A stretch of 64,000 nucleotides of DNA, taken from positions 24,552,001 to 24,616,000 of the forward strand of contig NC_043016.1 in NCBI RefSeq assembly GCF_006345805.1. The letters run 5' to 3'. A model generated the notes under the pieces. That model did no database searches and had not been told where the DNA came from. It saw nothing but the letters and a program-made list of their open reading frames with translations. Numbering within the stretch: the first letter of the stretch is position 1; every line of letters starts with the position of its first letter. Shown piece after piece: positions 53,248 to 64,000 of the stretch. The DNA is from Octopus sinensis (taxonomy: Eukaryota). The translations under genes and the position numbers were made by a program.

Positions 53248-54845
53248 GTAAGTTAGTTTCAGGATTTTCTTTCTTCCTGTCGTTGTTTGATGTTGAAAAA
53301 ATCCCCGAAACCACCAACGACTCCAGGAACATTACTGATGATGCTTCCAAAAGAACCCTTGAGATGTATCTGTTTTGAAACCTATGCCTTCGAGTGGCGT
53401 TTTGTTTATTGGTGGTGAAGTTGTAACAGTTAAGATACAAGGGAAGTAATCCTTCCATTTATGTAACCAAATTATTTCCCCCTTTGCGAGTACTTTTTTT
53501 TTTTTTTTCATTCGAATTAAATATTCCTATTATCAATACTTATTTTCGCTAATTGTTACTTTTTTAAATATCACAATTTTATATAATTAAACTAATTTCC
53601 ACTAAATAAATAATATATGTAAGTAAGTTCAGTGCAAATGCTTCAGGAAACATTTAAAAAAAGATTGTTCTCTTGAAGGTAACAAATGCTTGGTATTTAG
53701 AATATTATATATCAGTCCATAGATAAAAGGAAGCTGATTTTATGTATCAAACTATTACCAGCTGTACAAGTTAATAACCGTTAATTATAATAATATACTG
53801 ACCTTAAGTTAATTCCCCACAGTTAAAAGTTATTAAGCCTAAATATTTGATCTGTTGAATGCAGGTTTTTCCTGATAGTACAAATATTGTACACTTCTGT
53901 CTGATATCATATGCTTTGATGAATCTAAATAAATTTCAATACATACAGAAAAACATCATTAATCTTAGAATTTAGGTAGGTTGCAGATCATGTTTGGCTT
54001 GGCAGATACTGAGAAATCTTGCAATTTATTTGACGTTACTGAATATGGGATTTATAAATATCTATGCTACTGCTAACATAGAATCCAGTACAACCTCTTG
54101 TCCTCAGGTTGTCAGCAACTAAATTGGCACCCCAACTAGGCTTGCCTGGTGAGGAGGGTTACTAGAAACCCAGCAAGATTAAAAAGAAAACCTATCAAAA
54201 GAATGGATGAACAACAACAATCTAGCTATAGACAGCTACTTAAAAAGAGCATACTTGATTGGTTAAATATATAAATATTTATTATTGACTATGAAAATAA
54301 ATAAACCTTAATAATGCTAAAGGAAGTTAATCTCAAAAGTAGAGAATTGGCAGTCTGGAACATCAGATTACCTTGTGTTATTTGATCCTCTCATTCTTCC
54401 GAGTTCAAATCAGAAATTCATCTTTGCTTTTCATCCTCCCGGGATCAGTAAAAATATCTCTCCGGAATGGTCGCTTAGCAGAACTCTGTAAGGATTGCAA
54501 TGCATTAGCAGTATTTGTCTTGGTTTCAAATTCTGCTTTGGCCAACTTGGGTGGTAGACTTAATCCATCCACTGGTTTAATAATACAAAGCACTTTGGGT
54601 GCTTTTATCAGTGTCTACACTGTGGAAACCATTTGGGCCAGGTGTCATATTACTGGCTACAACTAAGTCTTGCAAGCACTGTAGTGGGTCATTCTAAGCT
54701 TTTCTGCTTAAAAAGTTGTTTTTTTAAAACTTACCTAACATGTAGAAAATAATATTTATATTGGGTGTTCTGATCTTTTTCAACTTGGAATACAAAATGA
54801 TATTTGTTTTCTGTTATGTTTAATTTCTTTCTATCTCAATTCTAG

Positions 54846-54963
54846 GGTAATGTAAAATTCATAGTGTCAAGAATCGATAATGACATACAGCTAACGCTTA
54901 TGGATATTACTGGAGAACATAGTGTGATTATTGGTCAGAAAATATATGAGGACATCATTGATG
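54846..54963 (+). CDS. AMN: Amnionless exon, SEA-like domain, phase 0 to 1 (last exon found in window)
   Basis: tttctttctatctcaattctag acceptor and gtaagt donor. GNVKFIVSRIDNDIQLTLMDITGEHSVIIGQKIYEDIID matches the AMN V--VSKV...EIQVVL pattern. Confidence 0.88.
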
Positions 54964-54994
54964 GTAAGTTTATTGTTTATACTTTCTCTCTTTT

Positions 54995-55335
54995 ATCTGT
55001 TTGTCATTTGACTGTGGCCGTGCTGGAGCACCGCATTTAGTCAAGCAACCCCCCCCCCGACTTATTTTTGTATGCCTAGTACTTATTCTATCGGTCTCTT
55101 TTTGCTGAGCTGCTAAGTTACAGGGATGTAAACACACCGTCAGTTGTCAAGCGATGTTGGGGTGACAAACAGACACACACACACACATATATATATATAT
55201 ATGGGCTTCTTTCAGTTTCCATCTACCAAATTCACTCACAAGGCTTTGGTTGGCCCGAGGCTATAGAAGACACTTGCCCAATGTGCCACGCAGTAGGACT
55301 GAACCCGGAACCATGTGGTTGGTAAGCAAGCTACT
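54995..55335 (-). mobile_element. SINE family A copy just downstream of the last AMN exon found
   Basis: Reverse-complement match. Further partial or variant copies at ~12370-12510, ~20230-20380, ~35270-35670, ~48715-49010 and ~52190-52430. Confidence 0.85.
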
Positions 55336-58300
55336 TACCACATACCCACTCCTACACTATTATAAATACAGAGGAAAAAAATTTATACAATAGACTGATG
55401 TGTACAGCTTGTTCAGATCAGTTTATATCATCAATGAATATTTTCATATTTTACCTTTTAAACAATTTCGTTTGCAATATTTTGTTATTTTCATTAACTT
55501 TTAATCTAAAAATTGTGAGAAGATTGAACTTACGCATTTCAGTTTAGTCATTTTTTTTTCATGTATATATTGGGTGTGCTTGACTTTCTCTCAGTTTACA
55601 GTATAAAAATATGTATTGGACAGATTGATTTGGAGTGATAATATGCTTCTTGTGTATATAAAGCAGCTGATGGTGGTGGTTGTAGCAATAGTAGTTGTAA
55701 CTGCTTCATTGGTATACTTTCCTTCATGAGACTGTCTTTAGCATTAGTTGTGTCAAAAGTAGATGTTAAGTATAGTGAAACTAGAAATCGATGAACAAAT
55801 GTATGTGAAGGGAGAAGAAAGTATAGCCTATTTGTCTGGGTGCTAAAGCTGAAGTACAAGTCACTTGTAAACTTGGTTAAGTTGGGAGCTTTACAGTATT
55901 CAGTAGAAATTACTTCTATTAAAAAACAGTGTGTGCATGAGATAGAACACTTCCACAAGTTTCTAATTATTTCGAATAATAAACCTCAGGTCAATCATGT
56001 GAAAGATATTTCTGAAACTAGCATGATTATAGTGCTAAAACAATCTTTACATAACTGTCAGTACTGTGTATCATCTTGGTGCCATTAAGATGCATTACAG
56101 TACCAGTTTCAAGTTCTCACTTATAAAATTTTACATAATTTTCAATAGCACTTTGTATGTATATATATATATATTTAGAGAGTGAGAGTTGAGTCAGGTC
56201 ACCTGTGAGGTCTCATATATGCTGCTGCTAACATAGAATCCAGTACAACCTTTTGTCCTCAGGTTGTCAGCAACTAAACTTGCACCCCAACTAGGCTTGC
56301 CTGGTGAGGATTACTAGAAACCCAGCAGGATTAAAAAGAAAACCTATCAAAAGAATGGATGAACTTAGAGTAGGTTCAACAACAATCTAGCTATAGTACA
56401 GGCCCTCAGAAGTTCTAGGTTGGTGTCCAGCATGCTAGAAGATCACTGGGAGTGAGACACTTACCTTTTGTTAAAGCATGCCTCTAGGAGAAAGTCACTC
56501 CAATGTGGAGAGGATCTTTGAGGTGCTGTGCAAGCCTTATTGGACCTAAAATTTTGAGTTATGCAATCGCTGAGGAAGCAACTTTACGATGACCAGTAAA
56601 AATAAGAGGGCACTGCAGCAGGCATGGAATCTGTGGATGCAAACCCACTGATAGGAGGTGCAATAACTTTGTGCACAAGCATTGCTGGCATTTTGCAGGG
56701 GTGGTCTTCCTCAGTCAGAAGTGGACAGCTATCATATGATAATATTATCAACAATAATAATAAGGATTATTACGAAGTTGCATAGCATTACCATTAATTC
56801 TTTTAATTAATATATATACAGCTTTATGAAAGCCTACGTTTCAACTGCAACCCTACTATAATACTGGTGCAGTTTCTTCAGTGTCTTTACTTAATATTCT
56901 TCAATTTAACTGTTTAAAGTTTTCATTTATCTACCTTTGTATGATGTAGAGTTGTATGTGTGTGTGTGTTTATGTATGTATGTATATATATATCACAATT
57001 GGGTAAATTATATTTAGATTTGACCAACTCATTTCAGTATGGAACATGACATTGATGGTGATTTCATTATAAATTTTTAGTTCTGATTTGTAAAAGAAAA
57101 AGAAACTTTATTCAGTTTATCACACTTTATTCAATTTGATATACAATGATTCATATTTATAAAACCTTTGATAATTACATAATACACAATAATTTACAAT
57201 AGTAATAATAGTTAATAATTTAAAATACCAAGTCACTTACAGTGGCAGCAGTGATAGCAAATATTTTAAAACTATATAGTTGCCTTGTGATTTCAAATGT
57301 ATGTGAAAAGTTTTTTATTAGAGAAAAGTACACTTCATAGAGTTGGACAATGACAAAAATAATGATCAGTTTAAATATTATCTTCCCCATAATTTTAAAC
57401 ATAAACAAAACATAAAAACATTAAAAAAATTGATTTCATATGCTTGAGACCAATGATTATATATGAGAAAGATAGCATCACAGTCAAGTATTCTAAAATA
57501 TACTTTTAATCAACAGAATTATGAAGTGGGTAGACTAATGTCAGTAGAGAGAAATGAAGTTAACAGGGAGTTGACTTGAAACAGTCACTTCAGATTGTAT
57601 CTGAGAAAAGGAAGAAAATGATTAGACAACAATAATTGTAATAATGAAGCAAATATTGTAAGTTGGCTACAGTGATGAATTAAAATCACAAGAGGTGCCA
57701 AAAGAGCTAAAATCAATTGAGCAGATTGGGGTTTGGTTAGTATAATGAAAATAACAAATACAAAAAGGATTGATTGCAAAAGTTGTGAGTGATTTTAAAT
57801 GGTAACTCTAAGCAGATAACAACAAAATTAGGTTTCAGGAAAAAGCAGGGCCAGGAATGGTAGACGAAAAGGATAGAGATGGATAACACCTTAGGATAAA
57901 TGGTCGGGTTTGGATTCTTTGTTATAGTAGCAGGTGAGAGAAGGCAGGGTTGTAGCGGTTGAGTTACTCCAATGATGGAGCTATGGAGGGATAGAACAAC
58001 ATAAAGAATGTGCCTGAATCACAAAGAACACTGCTCTTTATTTGAGCAAATATTAAGAAAATACAGTTGGTACTCCTTTTTAAAATGCCAGAAAAGCTGG
58101 TATTTTCAAAATAAGAGCAAAAAGTTTTGAGAGAGAAAAATTAAGGATCCATGGGATCAAGAAATAGAAGTGAAATCAGGGCTTTTGAGGAAATAGAAGT
58201 GGAATCGGGGTCTTTGAGGAAAAAATAGAGTTTAGGGTTTTATGCTTTTTCAAAGATAAGTTGGGATTTTTAAAAAAGTGAACACAGTCAGTATTCTCAG

Positions 58301-58539
58301 AGAGTAATAACAATTGAAATGAAAATATGGGTTGGTGTTTTTAATAAAAACAAGCCAGTAGGAGTACTTGAGAAAAGAAATAGACAATACACAACACATG
58401 GATAGAGATTGAGAGTAGTAGTGTTTCATAAAGGCAACATGCCTGAGAAAACTACATTACACTTAGTTTGAGAAGTGGGGAAAAAGAACAAGTGTACTTA
58501 GGAGCAGAGAGATGGCATTGCTCATGAGAGATGAGGTAA

Positions 58540-61500
58540 CAGGACCAGTATTAATCATAAGTGAGTTAAGAGGGAGATGATACCAGAAATTTTGTGTGGG
58601 TTGGGAGAGAGAATAAGGCCAAAACTTTTCGTACAAGTATGTGCTATGAGAGGAAGAATAAGGTCTGTACACCAAAATGTGTAACACAGAAAGAGAGAGA
58701 GAATAGGACATGTACACTTCCAAGGGTCTAAACTCAGAAGAGAGGAGTATAGTGCCAGTACACTTCATAAGAGTTTGTGTGTGTCTACTAGGATTAAAGA
58801 GGATAGGGCATGTACACTTTAAAAGTGTCTGCAAGGAGAAAGAGTAAGGTTAACACTTAAACCTAAACTAGAGAGAGAGAGAATACACTTGATAAAAGTG
58901 TAAAGCTGGAAAAAGAGTGGATATGATCAGGACACTGTGAGAAAGAACAGGTCTAATGAAAGAATAGCATTTGTATAGTTCTGAAGGAATAGACTGAGAG
59001 AAAGAGAATAGGGCCAGGGTACTTCATAAAAGTGAACTAGGAGTAAGAGAGAATAGAGCTGTGCACTTCTTAAGGGAATAAACAAAGAGTATAGGGATGG
59101 GACACCTCATGAGAGAGGGAAGATAATATCTGTATAAGGGCTAGAACACCTCATAAGAGAGGGAACTGAGAAGAGGAGGATAGGGTCAGGACACTTCATA
59201 AAAGAGTGAACTAACAGACAGAATACCTCATAAGAGAGGAAACAGAGAGAACAGGGCCAGGACTCCTCATAAGAGAGAGATAATAGGGCCAGAACACCTC
59301 ATAAGTGAGGAAACTGTGAAAGAGAGTGAACAGTGCCAGGCAGGACACCTTGTAAGATAGGGAGAGAGCAGGGCCAGGACACCTCATAAGAGAGGAAACA
59401 GAGAGAGAGAACAGGGCCAAGACACCTCATAAAAGAGAGAGAATAGGGCAAGAACACCTCGTAAGAGAGGAAACAGAGAGAGAGAGAGAGAGAACAGGGC
59501 CAGGCAGGATACCTTGTAAGATAGGGGAGAGCAGGGCCAGAACACCTCGTAAGAGAGGGAACTGAGAGGGAGAGATAGCCAGAGCACCTCATAAAACAGG
59601 GAGCTGAGAGAGCAAGTGAACAGGGCCAGAATACTCCCGTAAGAGAGGGAACAGAGAGAGAGAATAGGGCCAGGATGCCTCGTAAGAGAGGAAACTGTGA
59701 GAGAGAAAGAGAACAGGGTCAGACACCTCATAAGAGAGGGAACTGAGAGAGAGAATAGGGCCAAAACATCTCACAAGAGATGAAACAGAGAGAGGGAGAA
59801 TAGGGCCAGAACATCTCACATAGAGATAGAGAGAACAAGGCCAAGATACCTCATAACAAAGGGGCCCTGAGAAAGAGAGAATAGGGTCAGGACATCTCAC
59901 AAGAGAGGGAACAGAGAGATAGAGAGAATGGCCAGTACATCTCATAAGAGAGGGGCCTGAGAGAGAGAGAGAGAATAAGGCCAGGACACCTCATAAGAGA
60001 GGGAACAGAGAGATAGATAGAACAGACAGTACACCTCATAAGAGAGGGGCCTGAGAGAGAGAGAGAGAATAGGGCCAGTACACCTCATAAGAGAGGGGCC
60101 TGAGAGAGAGAGAGAGAATAGGGCCAGTACACCTCATAAGAGAGGGAACAGAGTGAGAGATTAGGCTCAAGACACCTCATAAGAGAGACCTGTGGGAGAG
60201 AGAGAGAGATTAGGTCCAGGACACCTCATAAGAGAGGGAACTGAAAGAGGGAGGATAGGGTCCAAACAAGGCCCAGGACACCTCATAAGAGGGGGATTGA
60301 GAGAGAATATGGCCAGGACACCTTTTGAGAGCGAATTTAGAGAGAAAATTGGGACAGTACACCTTGTAAGAAAGGGAACTGAGAGAGAAAGAGAGAGAGA
60401 GAATACAGCCAAGACCTCTCATGAGAGAGGAAACAGGGTTTTATATAATGGCCAAAGTATCTCATAACAGAGAGGGGTTGTAGGGTTTGTACAAGAACCA
60501 GTACACTTCATAAGAGAGTGAACTGAGAGAGAATAGGGCTAGGGCATAATAGAGAGAACTGAAAGAGGAAGGATAGGGTTCAAACAAGGTCCAGGACACC
60601 CCTGAGAGAGAGACAGGATTTGGTTTGTACACTTTATAAAAAAGTAATATGAAAGAATAGGGCCAGGACACAAGAGGGGGAACTGAGAGGAGGATAGGGT
60701 CCAAACAAGGCCCAGGGCACCTCATAAAAGAGGGAACTGAGAGATGGGTGAGTGAACTGGAAAAGTGAGAATAAGGTTTGTACACTTCATAAAATGTACT
60801 GAGAGAGAAAGAGTACAAGACCAGTACACTTCATAAAAAAAGTGAACTGAGAGCTAGTAGACTTTGAAAAAAGAATGAGATGGAGAGAGAGGTACACACT
60901 TCATAAGAAATTGAGCTGAGAGAAAGAATAGAAGCAAACACTTCATAAGAGTGGGCTGTGTGAGAGAGAGAATAGGGTTAAAACATATAGTGTGTGTGCT
61001 AAGACAGAGAGAAGGGCCTGTTCACATAAGATTGTCATCATCAACTGTGTGAGAGAGAAGGGAACTGGGATAAAGAACAAAGGACCAGTACACTTCATAA
61101 GAGTGAGCTGGGCAAAAGAGAGAAAAGAGGTTTTAGGACACATTATAAAGTGTGTGGGCTAAGACAAAGAATAGGGTCTGTATACATAAGGGCATTAACT
61201 GAAAGGGTAGCTGGCCAGTACAATTAGAGGAGATAAAATAGTATGCACACTTTATAAAGGAGCTAGGGTAATAAGACCAGTGCATTTCATAGGAGTAGAC
61301 TGAGAATAGGATCAGGACACTTCACAAGAGTGCATGAGTGTGCTGGCAAAAGGGGGAATCGAGAATAGGATCAGTACAGTCTAAAAGTGTGAGAGAGAGA
61401 GAGAATGGCTAGTACATGTCATAAGAGATTACTGCCAGTACACATCATAAAAGTGTATACTGGGAAAATAGGACCTGTACACTAAATAAGGAAACTAGGA

Positions 61501-62050
61501 GAAAGAAGGTCATTACACTTTATAAAAAAAGGTCCAGGAAAGAGAAGTGGGCTGGAATAGAAAGAACTGGAGCTGTACACTTCATTAGAAACCTCAGTGA
61601 AAGAATAAGGTCAGTACACATCATAAGAGAGTGAACTAGAAGAGAATGGAGTGTATATACTCTATGAATGTGAACTGACAGGAAGAATAGGGTCATGTCA
61701 CTTCATAAAAATGAGCTCAGATAGAATATGGGGTTAATGCTTGTACAGGTGGGAATGTAAGGGCCATTATCTTCATTAGAGAAAATGAGGAAACAGTATT
61801 CTCATGATAGAGCAAATAGAAACAAAATTTGTGCTCTTCCTGAAATAAATTTATGAATGAGAGCTCTCATAAAAGAGCAATTAAAAGAAGAAATGAGCAT
61901 TGTAGCTCAGGACAGCAAAAAAAATTTGTACACTTCCGATAAGGGAAGGTTTGTGCTCTTCATAAGAGAGATTAGTGTACAAAATGTGAAATAGTTGGAG
62001 AGGGAATGGAGTTGGGACACATCATAAGAGAGTGAGTACTAAGACAGAGA
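58540..62050. repeat. Purine-rich satellite, ~35-45 bp unit (AGAGAGAATAGGGCCAGGACACCTCATAAGAGAGGGAAC)
   Basis: Recurrent CACCTCATAAG/CACTTCATAAG and ATAGGGCCAG motifs. Most homogeneous at ~59150-60450 and degenerate at both flanks. Confidence 0.92.
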
Positions 62051-64000
62051 CAAGTGATGTGAATACTCAGAGAAGATAATAAATTGAAGCCAGTAGCCTT
62101 CAAACAAAAAGAAGAGTCAACCTAGCCAAATTAACCAATTCTGAAAGGTGAAAGACTTTGTCTAATTTGAGGCAGTGTTCTCAGAACTTTGGGTAATTCA
62201 TAGTAGTGAGCTAAACATAAACTGAAGAATATAAGAGGCTGAAATAGAAAAGGTGTGAGAATCATAGTTTGTGAATTGGATGATATAGAGCATTTGAAAC
62301 ATGAACAGTGGGTGAAGAGGAATGGGAGAAGCAGCATAGTGAGATTGACACTCACAAAATAATGACTGCAATTAAAGACCAGTGCTCAGATCTACAAAGA
62401 CAGAAAAAGGATAGAGAGAACAAGTTGTTCATTATTGGGGATTTGTGGTAGCAAAGAAAGAAAGGGCAAAAATAAAAGATATTGAATACACAAAAGGACT
62501 GTAATACTAGCAATCTCAACATAGGTCAGTCATGCATATTAAATAAGAAAAAAAAAGAAAAACTATATTGCAATAATATTGGCAGGAATAAACAGTAAAA
62601 ATGTCACATGTAAGTTAATGTAGTCATTGTATAGAAGGAAAGCGGTGAACTCTTTTGTTAGCATATTTCTGATGAAGAATTTAGTAAAATAACTGTCGTT
62701 ATTAAACTAATGTTTGGAACATAAATTAACATCAAGTCTTGATGGAAGGTTTTAATTTGAATCACTCTAAAACAGTAAGTGTGATTTATAGAACCAGGAG
62801 CAGTTACAGCATGGTTAGTTTGAAAACAGTAAAAAAAGAAATAACTGATTTGTTACATTTCAGTTCTAACATAATTGAAGTCACTTAGTCAATACAGTGC
62901 GAAGCGGAGACTATACTCTGCATCCGATAAAATATTAGATATGCCAACCTATTCTACATTAAATTGTATCAAGAAACTATTGATAAATTAGTAAATTCTC
63001 TTAAAAATGCAAGAGAATAACATAATTATTAAAAAATCTAGGAAAAAGTAGTATTATACGCAATTTAGTCATAACATTAGATGAAGTTTGGTTAGGATTT
63101 CAATGGTTGTAATAAATTCCAGCAGATAAACAGTACTTCAAAATTAAAGTGATTTTTCAAATTTAGTTTAGTAGACTAAGGATCCTAGAAATTAAAATGC
63201 AATTGAGATATTTTATAAATCTTGACTTTCAAGATAGGTAGCAGTTCTATTAACCTTGTAACTTTCCTTCAGTTTATAACATTTATGGACATGGGACATT
63301 TTACAATACTGCTTGGTCTGCTAGAAATAGCAGCCAGATTTCTTTCAAATCATACCCCTAAATTATGGTGGCTAAACAATTGTTTGTGGTTATTTGAGAC
63401 ATTTTTTTCATTCGCTTAAGCAATGTTAATGTAAAAGTTTTAAATTTCCCCCATTCCCAAATGGAACAGAATGTTGCTAGATTTGATATAAACCAATATG
63501 AGAAAGATTTAGCATTAGATGTTAAATGAACCAAATCCAGTGAATTAGATTTTAAGGAAACAATGTTAGATAAGACAAAACAAATGAGATAACTGTTTAT
63601 GAAATATCTTATTTAATTTAAAATAAACTACCACCTCAATTATAACTGCTTCAAAGTTGAAAAATCAAGCAAAGAGCTAAACTTGATTTTAATAAAATTT
63701 CCAAGAATTGTATCTGACATTTTAAGTATATATCAAAAAATAAACTTTGCTCAAGAGAAAAATATTCCAAAACTATTGATGGTGATATGAGGAGAGGAGA
63801 GGAGTATTTCTCTTTTTCCCTTCTATGTATAAAGTCCATTTAGTCATTTTCAGAGTGAAACAATAACCTATTAGGAAATGTGCAGGTAACTGTATGCAAA
63901 TAAGAATATAACATTAAAAACATATTCTCTAAAATCTATAATTGAGTCAGCTATATCTTTGCTTCTGTTTCTCTTTTTCAAACTTAAAATTAGTAATTGC

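Larger units (their letters stand above)
54063..56396 (+). repeat. Pair of high-identity ~170-180 bp direct repeats (54063-54231 and 56218-56396) bracketing AMN exon 54846-54963
   Basis: Both share TGCTAACATAGAATCCAGTACAACC...CTAGCTATAG. They resemble an RTE 5' UTR (inference). Confidence 0.9.

Noticed and set aside
55664-55729. Hydrophobic stretch QLMVVVVAIVVVTASLVYF as the AMN transmembrane exon
   Set aside because: It has no phase-1 acceptor with a pyrimidine tract, has an immediate stop, and lacks a cytoplasmic tail with an F-NP-F/Y motif.
58463-61143. Cluster of 60-126 aa minus-strand ORFs (MRCPGP..SLS repeats)
   Set aside because: They derive from the purine-rich satellite, frames switch constantly, and there are no consistent splice signals.

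Overview
AT-rich, repeat-dense eukaryotic genomic DNA. The SINE/LINE/MITE content and microsatellite load suggest a coleoid cephalopod, most likely Octopus (inference). The whole window lies inside one + strand gene, an amnionless (AMN) ortholog. I reconstructed 7 coding exons by hand: 738-898, 3499-3592, 10483-10706, 18899-19057, 21380-21476, 53162-53247 and 54846-54963. All have GT-AG sites and mutually compatible phases (939 nt, about 313 codons, no stops). The signal-peptide exon (upstream) and the transmembrane/cytoplasmic exons (downstream) were not found in the window. The 31.7-kb intron 21477-53161 holds: an intronless, stop-disrupted tectonic-family pseudogene split by a SINE; a decayed near-full-length R4-clade (RLE) LINE; Penelope, RTE and mariner relics; several MITE families with diagnostic TSDs; long hairpins; and two CpG-retaining promoter-like islands (~33.6-34.8 kb and ~49.2-51.5 kb). 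A ~3.5-kb purine-rich satellite with higher-order structure lies at ~58.5-62 kb. Nearly all ORFs in the supplied track are microsatellite artefacts or TE fragments. No CRISPR array or prokaryotic system is present, and I cannot claim a new multi-gene system. The best leads are the tectonic retrocopy, the intronic promoter-like islands and the hairpins.
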